This document shows, piece by piece, positions 9,363 to 18,054 of a stretch of DNA of 64,000 nucleotides (position 1 is the first letter of the stretch; every line of letters begins with the position of its first letter). Origin of the DNA: an uncultured bacterium (GTDB taxonomy: Bacteria; SAR324; NAC60-12); the NCBI GenBank assembly GCA_965662235.1, contig CBFIGY010000004.1, positions 1-64,000 on the forward strand, read 5' to 3'. The translations under genes and the position numbers were made by a program. The notes beneath the pieces were generated by a model. The model was not told the DNA's origin. It made no database searches and worked only from the letters and a program-made list of their open reading frames with translations.

Positions 9363-11126
9363 ATGTTGAACCGAGGTGTGCGCCTTCTTGTAACTCTGAT
9401 TCTGGGGACTCTGGGGTTCCTCGGAGCCTCCGGAAGTCTTTGGGCCCAACCGGTTCCGGTGCCACTGGAACATGAGCTCAAGGTCTACACCAGCACCTCC
9501 AAAATGGTGTACTGGCCGATGGACAAGCCGGTGTGGATCCGCTTGGCTTCGTCACCCGAAGAAGGGGCACAGACCTTTTTGCTGCAAACGATTCAGGAGC
9601 TTGCGGAGGGTGGACGTCAGGAGAAACGAACCGAAGGCATCCGCCTGGAGATTCCGGGACGTCAGTTCATCCGCTGGGTCAACTACCTGACGGAGGCAGA
9701 AACGCTCTACAAGTTCATTGCGGATGGACAGCCCCCGGAGACCAACCTGAACCTGACCGACGCGCCCATCTACCAGTCCTCGCGCATGACCTACTACGGA
9801 CGGGGCCTCATTGGCACCCTCCGTTCTGTGGACGACCTTTCAGGCATTGAAAACGCCTACCTGTCGGTGGATGGGGTGCCATACAGCATTTATGAAAATC
9901 CGCTGAACCTGAACCAGGAAAAAACCTACATTGTGCGCCACTATGCCGTGGACCATGTGGGATACGCCAGCAAGCCGGTGGAAGTGCTGTTTACGGTGGA
10001 CCTGACGCCTCCGACCACGACCCACACGGTGACCAACAACTTCTTGGGCGACATCCTTTCGCGGCAAAGCGTGATCCTGCTGAGCAGCGGCGACCAGCTT
10101 TCTGGGGTCCGGGAGATCCGCTACCGCTTTGACAATGAGACAACGACCCGCAAGTACGACCCAGAAGTGGGCGTGACGGTCAAGGACCTCTTGGACGGCG
10201 AGCACGTCCTCCACTACTTTGCCATTGACCAAGTGGAGAACGTGGAAATTGCACGCGAGTACAAGTTTGAGCTGGACCGCACCGCACCAGAAGTGGAAGC
10301 CACGCTCATTGGCGATGTGGCCCTGGTGAACGATCAGCAGTACGTCTCGCCCCGGACCCGGGTGCAGCTGGATGCTTCGGACCTCCGGGCTCAGCCGCAG
10401 GTGATCGAGTACCGCATCAACGAGCTGCCTTACAGCGAATACGTGACCCCCTTCATTCCACGGGTGGCGCCAGGACCGGTGCAGGTCATCTTCAAGAGCC
10501 GGGACCGGTTGGGGAACGAGTCGGAGCCCAAGACCCTAGAGGTGGTCATGGATGCCCTGCCTCCCAAGTCCTCGCATGAGTTCACAGGACCCTTCTTCAG
10601 CCAGGGCCTGGGGGCCGTTTGGCTGACAAGCAACACCCGCATCAGTCTGAGTGCAACCGACGATCTGTCGGGGGTGCAGACCACTAGCTACCGGGTGGGC
10701 AACGAGGCGGAAAATCTCTATGAGCGGGACATCATCATTCCGGCAGAGGGACAGTACATGTTCAGTTACTGGTCCGTTGACCGGGTGAACAACCGCGAGG
10801 TCACCTCACCGGTGTTCCTGATTGTGGACAACACGCCTCCGCAGATCATGACCATCTTCAGCATTGACCCGCTCCGGGTGGAAAAAGAGGATGGGGTGGA
10901 CGTGAAGATCTTCCCGGTCAACTCCTTGCTCTACCTGACCTCCACGGACAATTCGGCCAACGTCCGGAAGCTGGAGTATGCCCTCAACGATGAGCCCTAT
11001 CAGCCGTATGGCGAGACCCTGTTCTTCGACAAGCCGGGGCGGTACCGCATCTCGGTTCGGGCAGAAGACAACGTCCAGAATCAGGCCGTTCAGGTGACCG
11101 AATTCCGTATTGTTCCTCAGCAATAG
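9363..11126 (+). CDS. Exported protein: unique N-terminal module plus 5 Ig-like/OmpL47-type beta repeats
   Basis: Signal peptide (ends SLWA-Q). Five ~90-aa repeats of the form DxxPP...D-xxSGV/I...Y...(Y/F)xxxDxVxN. Confidence 0.75.
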   Translation: MLNRGVRLLVTLILGTLGFLGASGSLWAQPVPVPLEHELKVYTSTSKMVYWPMDKPVWIRLASSPEEGAQTFLLQTIQELAEGGRQEKRTEGIRLEIPGRQFIRWVNYLTEAETLYKFIADGQPPETNLNLTDAPIYQSSRMTYYGRGLIGTLRSVDDLSGIENAYLSVDGVPYSIYENPLNLNQEKTYIVRHYAVDHVGYASKPVEVLFTVDLTPPTTTHTVTNNFLGDILSRQSVILLSSGDQLSGVREIRYRFDNETTTRKYDPEVGVTVKDLLDGEHVLHYFAIDQVENVEIAREYKFELDRTAPEVEATLIGDVALVNDQQYVSPRTRVQLDASDLRAQPQVIEYRINELPYSEYVTPFIPRVAPGPVQVIFKSRDRLGNESEPKTLEVVMDALPPKSSHEFTGPFFSQGLGAVWLTSNTRISLSATDDLSGVQTTSYRVGNEAENLYERDIIIPAEGQYMFSYWSVDRVNNREVTSPVFLIVDNTPPQIMTIFSIDPLRVEKEDGVDVKIFPVNSLLYLTSTDNSANVRKLEYALNDEPYQPYGETLFFDKPGRYRISVRAEDNVQNQAVQVTEFRIVPQQ

Positions 11127-14100
11127 GTCAACACCCAGATCTTTCGGAGCTTGCTTGGTGGCAAAGTGGTATGGGTTCAGGACAATCGGATTGCTGGGGG
11201 CGTTGCTGACGTGGGGCTCGGTGCAGGGGCAAGAGGTGCAGTGGCCTCAGCCGCCTGAGCACCGGCCGAAGGTCTACGTCAATGATGACGGGACGACCTA
11301 TGCGCCGTTGCGTCAGCCGGTCTTCCTCGGCCTTGCGCTGCAGCCAGAAGCTGAAGACGCGGTCTCGGTTCCAGATCCTGAACCGCAGGAGCAAAGCGGC
11401 ATCCCCCTGAAGGAAGGCGAGAACAAGGTCCGCAACCTGGCTGTCAAGTCTGAAGCCTACACCGTCATTGGAGACGGGACTCCTCCCACCACCCAACCGA
11501 ACTATCCGGACACCCCCTCCTACGAAACCCCGGAGCGTGACTTCATTGGGCAGAATTCTCAGTTTGAGCTTGTAGCGGAAGACCAACTTTCGGGCGTTTG
11601 GAAGACGTGGGCCTCGTATGAAGGCAAACCCTACGTTCCGGCCGCCGGCCTCAAGCTGAACCTGGAAGTGGACGGGGTTCACACCTTCAAGTACTTCTCG
11701 GTGGACCATGTGGGCAACGAGGAACCGCTGCAGGATCTGGTTCTGGTGGTGGACCTGACGGCTCCGGTGACACAGGTGATTCCGCAGGGACCGCACCTCA
11801 ATTTGGCCGTCGCCACTTCCGGACGTCTGGTGCTTGAGGCGGAAGATGGCGCCTCTGGAGTGGACCGAATCCGGTACCGCATTGACGAGGGCAAGGAACA
11901 GCGTTACCGGTCTCCGATTGAAATGAAAGACGTGCCCCCGGGCGCGCATACCCTGTACATCAGTGCCGTGGACCGGGTGAAGAATGAGGAGGTGTGGCAG
12001 ACGGTTCCCTTTCAGCACGACAACAAGCCTCCGGAGTTGGAAATCAAGGTGGAGGGCCGCGAGTACCGTCAGGACGGTGTGGTCTATGTCTCCAGTTCAT
12101 CTCCGATCCGCCTCCTGGCTGAAGACGAGTTCTCTGAAATCCAGAGTCTGGAGTACAACCTTGATGACGGAGAGTGGCTGAACTACGAAGAGCCTTTCCT
12201 GCCCCCGCAAAAAGCAGGACTGCACTGGATCGGCGCCCGGGTCTCGGACAAAGCGGAGAACGAAGGCATCTACCGCCGTCGCGTGTACGTGGACGGCACC
12301 CCTCCTACCACCGGGTACCGCATCTCCGGATCCTCCTCCTGGAACGATGACACCGTCATCATTGGCTTCAACACCTCGATTTTCTTTGAAGCAACCGACC
12401 TGGAGTCGCGTGTGGAAAAGACGATGGTGTGCATCAACGATGAGGAGTGCCGTCCCTACGACAAGCCCCTGCAGTGGGATCAGGACGGTGACTACACCAT
12501 CCGTTTCTACTCCATCGACAATGTGGAAAATCAGGAAAAGCCGCAGGTGCTGCTGGTCCGGGTGGATCAGGCCCGTTGGGCTGATGCCTCTGGTGCCGGT
12601 GCCGATGGTGGAGACGGAGGCAGTGCCATTGGTGAAGACGGTCGGGTGTCGCACCGAAAGCGTTGGTTCGTACATGAAGAGCATGGCCTGATGGGGGCGG
12701 CGGGGTTGGAGTTCTTCCTCCGCCTCTCGGTCTCTCCTGAAGAAGATGCCCCCTACTTCCAGATGGAGTTTGACCCGGATGACCAGGATCCTCAGCCCCT
12801 CTTCTTTGGGAAAGGGGGCTCCCGGGCTCTGGGGGTGGGACTTCCTGGAACCAAGCGGCTCTTCCGCATCAACATTGATGACTCTGACCCCCGGACCACT
12901 GCCAAGCTGGAGAACGCCCGCAAGTTCCAACGCGGTGACACCACCTTTTACAGCGAGGGCCTCATCCTCGATCTGACAGCCCGGGACGTCGGCAAGGAAA
13001 AGCAGTCGGGCGTCGAGTCCGTCTTTTACTCCATCGACGGCTCCGGATTTGTGGAATACGAGGAGCCCATCAAGCTCTTCTTCAGCGAGAAGGTGTACCG
13101 GGTCCGCTATTACGCCCTTGACCGGGTGGGAAATGCTGAAAAGGTGAAGTTCTTGGAATTCAGCATTGACCTGGCGCCTCCCCTGACCACGCACAAGGTC
13201 GATGGCCCTTTCTTTGGCAGCACCCTTTCTGCGCAAACCTCCATTGAGCTGCGCTCCGATGATGGGCTCTCTGGGGTCGCTGGAATCTACTACTCGTTTG
13301 ACAACGGCACCGAGCAGCTCTACCGCCGTCCCCTCACCGCGAGCCTCCTCCGGGACCTGTCTGAAGGAGACCACCTCTTGACCTACTATGCGGTGGACGC
13401 AGTGGGCAACAAGGAGACCCCCCGGAAGCTTTCGTTCTCCCTTGACCACAAGCCACCCGCGGTGTCACTGAAGGTCCGGGGCGAGCAGCACCTGGCCAAC
13501 AATGGTCGGACCTATGTGGCCCGGACCACGATGTTCTCCCTCAGCGCCACCGAAAAATCCAGCGAGGTCCTCAAGGTCCTTTACTCCTTTGACACCGGTG
13601 AGCTGGAGTCCTACAGCAAAAGCTTTGGGCTTCCGGAAGTCGAGCGCCGGCACACCATTTCCTTCAGCTCCTTGGACCGTGTCGGAAACGTCACGCCCCG
13701 GCAGTCACAGGACTTTTACCTCGACCTGACTGCGCCCGTCACTTCTCATGAAGTGGAGGGCACCCGTTACCTGTACAAGGGGGAGCTGTACCTCAACGCC
13801 CAGACGGAGATCCGGTTGCTCGCCTCTGACGGCGGCGCGGGAATCCGTGAGACGCGGTACCGCATCAACGGGGGCAAGCAGGAGGTCTACAAGGGCCCCA
13901 TCCGCATCGACCAGACCGGACGCTACGAGCTGACCTATTACTCGGTGGATGAGGTGGGCAACACAGAGGAACAGAAGTCCTTCCAGTTCATTGTCGACGC
14001 CACTGATCCAGAGGTGGCCATCCGGAGCACCCCGGCCTTCCGGGAGAGCGACGGAAAATTCTTCATCAAGCGAGGCAGCTTGCTGCATATTGACACCAAG

Positions 14101-14274
14101 GATCCACAAAGTGGTGTCCGAGAGGTCTCCTACTCCTTGAACGGTCGCAACAAACGCCTGTACCGCCGAGCCATCAGTCGGCTTCCCATTCGGGGGAGCA
14201 TCACGCTCGACATTCAGGTGGACGACTGGGTCAACAATCGCTCCACCCGTTTCATCACGTTTGAGATCGAGTAA
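11110..14274 (+). CDS. Large exported protein with 9 Ig-like/OmpL47-type repeats in two modules
   Basis: Signal peptide (ends SVQG-Q; true start probably near 11155-11158). Nine repeats ending YFSVDHVGN, ISAVDRVKN, VSDKAEN, YSIDNVEN, YALDRVGN, YAVDAVGN, SSLDRVGN, YSVDEVGN and VDDWVNN. Gly-rich central linker. Confidence 0.75.
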   Translation: MFLSNRSTPRSFGACLVAKWYGFRTIGLLGALLTWGSVQGQEVQWPQPPEHRPKVYVNDDGTTYAPLRQPVFLGLALQPEAEDAVSVPDPEPQEQSGIPLKEGENKVRNLAVKSEAYTVIGDGTPPTTQPNYPDTPSYETPERDFIGQNSQFELVAEDQLSGVWKTWASYEGKPYVPAAGLKLNLEVDGVHTFKYFSVDHVGNEEPLQDLVLVVDLTAPVTQVIPQGPHLNLAVATSGRLVLEAEDGASGVDRIRYRIDEGKEQRYRSPIEMKDVPPGAHTLYISAVDRVKNEEVWQTVPFQHDNKPPELEIKVEGREYRQDGVVYVSSSSPIRLLAEDEFSEIQSLEYNLDDGEWLNYEEPFLPPQKAGLHWIGARVSDKAENEGIYRRRVYVDGTPPTTGYRISGSSSWNDDTVIIGFNTSIFFEATDLESRVEKTMVCINDEECRPYDKPLQWDQDGDYTIRFYSIDNVENQEKPQVLLVRVDQARWADASGAGADGGDGGSAIGEDGRVSHRKRWFVHEEHGLMGAAGLEFFLRLSVSPEEDAPYFQMEFDPDDQDPQPLFFGKGGSRALGVGLPGTKRLFRINIDDSDPRTTAKLENARKFQRGDTTFYSEGLILDLTARDVGKEKQSGVESVFYSIDGSGFVEYEEPIKLFFSEKVYRVRYYALDRVGNAEKVKFLEFSIDLAPPLTTHKVDGPFFGSTLSAQTSIELRSDDGLSGVAGIYYSFDNGTEQLYRRPLTASLLRDLSEGDHLLTYYAVDAVGNKETPRKLSFSLDHKPPAVSLKVRGEQHLANNGRTYVARTTMFSLSATEKSSEVLKVLYSFDTGELESYSKSFGLPEVERRHTISFSSLDRVGNVTPRQSQDFYLDLTAPVTSHEVEGTRYLYKGELYLNAQTEIRLLASDGGAGIRETRYRINGGKQEVYKGPIRIDQTGRYELTYYSVDEVGNTEEQKSFQFIVDATDPEVAIRSTPAFRESDGKFFIKRGSLLHIDTKDPQSGVREVSYSLNGRNKRLYRRAISRLPIRGSITLDIQVDDWVNNRSTRFITFEIE

Positions 14275-17200
14275 ATGAAGCGCTGGGTGCACGGATTTGG
14301 GATCATCATTACCCTGCTCCTGCTGTTAGGGAGCCAGGCCCAGGCATTTGACCGCTGGGACGTCGGCGTGCTCCGTCAGTACGCCGTGGCCAATTATGAG
14401 GCGGAGCCGGTGGTCTGGGATGCCACTCAGGACACCCGGGGGGTGATGTACTTTGCCACCTTCAACGGCGTGTACGAGTTTGACAGCACCAACTGGCGAC
14501 TGATCAAAATTCCTGGAGACGGAGGGGCCTCTAGCCTCATTACAGACGACACCGGTCGGGTCTTTGTGGGAGGATACGGCGAGCTGGGGTACCTGGCGCC
14601 CAACAGCGATGGAGAGACGGTTTACGTTTCGCTGAAGGACCAGGTTCAGGTGGACGATTGGGAAATCCTGGGGCCGCTGCTGGAAAGCCTGAAGCGTCCG
14701 GATGGAGAACTGCTGTTCCTCTTTGAACAACTCCTGCTGCGCTACAAAGACGGGGTCTTTACCAAGCTGGAAACGGAAGGGTACCTCTACAAGGTGACCC
14801 CGGTTGGCGACACGCTGTATGTCCTCGACAGCGACTACGGCCTCATGCGCATCGTCGATGGCGCCCTCCAGAACGTCCCCGAGGGCAACTTCTTCCTGGC
14901 GCACGCCATGCTTCCCTACCCCGGGGGACGTCTGCTGCTGGTGACTCAGGACAAGGGACTGCTGCTCTACGATCCTGCTCTGGACTCACCTGCCAACGAA
15001 GGCACCCCTCAGCGAGAGGCCTTCACGTTTCTGGAGTATGCAAACCAAGAGGTTTTTGAAAACCACCTGGTGACCGCCCGCACCGAGGTTGCCCCCGGAG
15101 TGTTCCTGCTGGCTGTCGACCGCGTGGGCATCGTGCGTCTGGACTTCAATGAAGAGACGGTGACGGTGCTTGAGCAGATGAGCATTGGCGAGCAGAACGT
15201 CTTCAGCGTCTTCCAGGACCTCAAGGACAACACCTGGCTGGCCAGCAGTGACGGCGTCTACGCCTTCATCCCGCTCGAAGAGCCTCCCACGGTGCCACCG
15301 GATGTGGAGATGTTCGTCTCAGCACGACCTCCGTTGGTGCGCGAGGATCCGGAGTTCACCCCCCTCATCCGGCAGGTTGAGAGCATTCAGGACGAGGTGA
15401 GCCTGTTTGACGGAAACTTCTTTGAAGAGCTTGGGGGCATTGCGGTCCGCAACGAGTCGCCTCTGACAACCCGGATCCTTCCCTATGAGCAGAACGCCGT
15501 CCGCTTTACCTTCACGTCCAACGACTACACCTACCCGAGTGACGTCATGTACCAGACGTACCTCGAGGGCATGGAGGATGACTGGTCCAAGTGGTCGATC
15601 CGTCCCTTCCGCGAATACACGAACCTGACCTGGAAGGAGTACGTCTTTCACGTCAAGGCGATGCGCAAGGATGGCGCCCGCAGCGAGCCGGTGTCCTTTA
15701 CCTTTACCGTGGAGCCTCCGTGGTATGAGACCTGGTGGTTCTACTCGGCGCAGATTGGCTTCCTCATGGTCCTGCTCCTCATCTCCGGCATCCTCCGGGG
15801 CATGGGGTATTCCGAAAACATCTCCGACTACATTGTCGCCGTGGTGGTGATGGTGATGTTCGCCTTCCTGGATGCGACCACGGAACCGTACGTCGACGAT
15901 CTGGCCGAGGATTCCTTCTACTTCAAGGTCCTGCTCCTGGTCGCAGTGGGTCTGACCGTGGAACCGCTCCAGAACCTGGCCAAGAACCTTTTGGGGAACA
16001 TCCACATCAAGGGCTTCCAGCAGGTCCGTCCGGAGGACATCGACGACCTCACCAAGCTGTTCGACCACGACTTCTTCCTCCGGCGTTTGGATGACTTTGT
16101 GGTCCGCTCTCAGAAGACGAAGGGAGCCCTGTCCGTTGTGGTGGTCGACCCCGACAACTTCCACCTGATCAACGACAAGTACGGATTTGAGTGTGGCGAC
16201 GAGGTCATCCGGACCTTTGCCGAAATGATCAAACGGCACGCCCGCAAAGCCGATGTCCCCGCGCGTTACACAGGAGAGAAGGTCATCATCGCACTCCCGA
16301 ATCTGGGATTGGAGGCGGCCAAAAATTACGCCCAGCAGGTGCAGCGCCTCATCAATGAGCATGAGTTTGTCTGGGAGGACAAGATGTTCCGGGTGACGGT
16401 CAGCACCGGGGTCGGGTCCTATCCGGACATTGGCGAAGAGAACCTGAGCGTTGAGGGCCTGCTCGCGGCAGCTGAGAAGGACGCGGGCTCGCAGAAGATT
16501 GAGATTGACCAGCTCACTCAGTTGGCCACCCGAGACACCTTCGACCGCCTGTTTGACGAGCTGGCCGAGGACGCCAAGAAGAAGCAGAACTCCCTTGCGG
16601 TGGTCTTGGTGGATCCGGACCACTTCAAGAACATCAACAACGCCTATGGGTTTGAGGGCGGCGATTACGTCATTCAGGAGTTGGCCAAGATCGTCAAGAA
16701 GTACACCCGCAAAACCGACATCCCTGCCCGTTACTTCGGAGAGAAGATCATTGTCGCCCTCCGGAACCTGGACACCGCCGGGGCCATGGACTTTGCCAAT
16801 CAGATCCACCGGGACATTCAGGACTACGACTTCATCTGGCGAGGAGAGCGTTTCTCGGTTCCTGTGACCCTCGGGGTTGCCTCCTATCCGGAGGTGCTGA
16901 AGGACAACCTGACCCGGAAGGGCCTGGTCATGGCTGCTGAAAATGCGGCTGATCAGGCTCAGGAGAAGGGTGGAAACCAGGTGGGCGCCGCCATGGACAA
17001 CTTCACCGATGACCTCACCCAATTGCCCAACCGGGGGTACTTCATGCGGAGTCTGGGCGATCTGGTGCTCAAGGCGGAGCAGACCGAAAATGCGCTGTCG
17101 GTGGTGGTGGTGGACCCCGATAACTTCCACCTGATCAACGACAAGTACGGGTTTGAGTGCGGCGACGAGGTCATCCGGACCTTTGCGCAGGCGGTACAGG

Positions 17201-17997
17201 AGCAGGCCCGCAAGACGGACCTTCCCGCCCGCTACCACGGTGAAAAGGTCATTGTCGCGTTGCCGAACCTAGACAAACAGGCGGCTCGGAGCTACGCCAA
17301 GAAGGTGCAGAAGCTCATCAACGAACACGAATTCCATTGGGAAGACAAGGCCTTCCACGTGTCGGTCTGTGTCGGGGTGGGAGCGTACCCGGACCCTGAC
17401 GACGAGGATGCGGAGCTGAGTGTGGACGCCCTGCTGGAAGCGGCTGAACGGGACGCTGAGGGACAGAAGATTGAGCTGGATGAGTTGACGCACCTCGCCA
17501 CTCGAGACTCCTTTGCCCGGAATGCCGAAGAGCTGGTGCGGTGGGCTCGGAAGAAGCAAAGCCCACTGTCTCTGCTACTGGTGGACCCCGACCACTTCCG
17601 GACCGTCAACAACACCTACGGGTTTGAAGGCGGCGACTACGTCATCAAGCAGCTCGCTGAGATTGTCAGGCAGAACTGCCGCAAGACGGACATCCCGTCC
17701 CGTTACTTCGGAGAGAAGCTCATTGTGGCCATGAAGAACATGGACTCCATTGCCGCTCAGGACGTGGCTCAGAAGATCCATCGGGACATCCAGGACTTCG
17801 ACTTCAACTGGAAGGGGCAGCACTTCAAGGTGGAAGTCACCCTCGGGGTTGCTTCCTATCCGGAGGTGCTGCAGGACAACCTGACCCGGAAGGCCCTGAT
17901 CCTGGCGGCAGAGTATGCGGTCGACCTCGTCCAGGAGAGCGGCGGCAACCAGGTGGGCGTGGCCCCTGCTGACTACACGGTCGAAGAGCCCGTCTGA
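14275..17997 (+). CDS. Membrane protein: periplasmic beta-propeller plus Y_Y_Y domain, 3 TM helices, four degenerate GGDEF domains
   Basis: Signal peptide, propeller blades (QDTRGVMYFATFNGVYEFD, DDTGRVFVGG, QDLKDNTWLAS), Y_Y_Y-like YQTYLEG...EYTNL...YVFHVKA...PPWYETWW, three hydrophobic helices, then four D-x-LT-x-L...DPDxF..IN..YG...GD...RxxD...RYxGEK domains. Confidence 0.85.
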   Translation: MKRWVHGFGIIITLLLLLGSQAQAFDRWDVGVLRQYAVANYEAEPVVWDATQDTRGVMYFATFNGVYEFDSTNWRLIKIPGDGGASSLITDDTGRVFVGGYGELGYLAPNSDGETVYVSLKDQVQVDDWEILGPLLESLKRPDGELLFLFEQLLLRYKDGVFTKLETEGYLYKVTPVGDTLYVLDSDYGLMRIVDGALQNVPEGNFFLAHAMLPYPGGRLLLVTQDKGLLLYDPALDSPANEGTPQREAFTFLEYANQEVFENHLVTARTEVAPGVFLLAVDRVGIVRLDFNEETVTVLEQMSIGEQNVFSVFQDLKDNTWLASSDGVYAFIPLEEPPTVPPDVEMFVSARPPLVREDPEFTPLIRQVESIQDEVSLFDGNFFEELGGIAVRNESPLTTRILPYEQNAVRFTFTSNDYTYPSDVMYQTYLEGMEDDWSKWSIRPFREYTNLTWKEYVFHVKAMRKDGARSEPVSFTFTVEPPWYETWWFYSAQIGFLMVLLLISGILRGMGYSENISDYIVAVVVMVMFAFLDATTEPYVDDLAEDSFYFKVLLLVAVGLTVEPLQNLAKNLLGNIHIKGFQQVRPEDIDDLTKLFDHDFFLRRLDDFVVRSQKTKGALSVVVVDPDNFHLINDKYGFECGDEVIRTFAEMIKRHARKADVPARYTGEKVIIALPNLGLEAAKNYAQQVQRLINEHEFVWEDKMFRVTVSTGVGSYPDIGEENLSVEGLLAAAEKDAGSQKIEIDQLTQLATRDTFDRLFDELAEDAKKKQNSLAVVLVDPDHFKNINNAYGFEGGDYVIQELAKIVKKYTRKTDIPARYFGEKIIVALRNLDTAGAMDFANQIHRDIQDYDFIWRGERFSVPVTLGVASYPEVLKDNLTRKGLVMAAENAADQAQEKGGNQVGAAMDNFTDDLTQLPNRGYFMRSLGDLVLKAEQTENALSVVVVDPDNFHLINDKYGFECGDEVIRTFAQAVQEQARKTDLPARYHGEKVIVALPNLDKQAARSYAKKVQKLINEHEFHWEDKAFHVSVCVGVGAYPDPDDEDAELSVDALLEAAERDAEGQKIELDELTHLATRDSFARNAEELVRWARKKQSPLSLLLVDPDHFRTVNNTYGFEGGDYVIKQLAEIVRQNCRKTDIPSRYFGEKLIVAMKNMDSIAAQDVAQKIHRDIQDFDFNWKGQHFKVEVTLGVASYPEVLQDNLTRKALILAAEYAVDLVQESGGNQVGVAPADYTVEEPV
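16039..17960 (+). repeat. Internal tandem duplication of a two-domain GGDEF unit (A-B-A'-B')
   Basis: Near-identical DNA at offsets of about 966-972 nt, e.g. aacttccacctgatcaacgacaagtacgg (~16156 and ~17122) and tcctatccggaggtgctg.aggacaacctgacccggaagg (~16882 and ~17854). Confidence 0.85.
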
Positions 17998-18054
17998 CCC
18001 CCGCCGAACTGGAGGGACGCAGGCGCCCTCTGTCACTGAACTGAGGAGGAATCC

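Noticed and set aside
15319..17238. Long antisense ORFs (639 aa here; also 12097-13449, 33193-34644, 51217-52335, 52510-53652 and others)
   Set aside because: They lie opposite well-supported genes and show no recognisable motifs; these are shadow ORFs expected in GC-rich coding DNA.
9363..17997. Repetitive sequence considered as a CRISPR array or a DGR template/variable repeat pair
   Set aside because: The repeats are in-frame protein-domain duplications with mostly synonymous differences. There is no repeat-spacer periodicity, no adenine-specific mismatch pattern, and no cas or reverse transcriptase gene.
14275..17997. Calling the protein an active diguanylate cyclase or a Hypr-type cGAMP synthase
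   Set aside because: None of the four domains has GG(D/E)EF, and the specificity Asp in GxxxGD is retained, not replaced by Ser/Thr as in Hypr enzymes.
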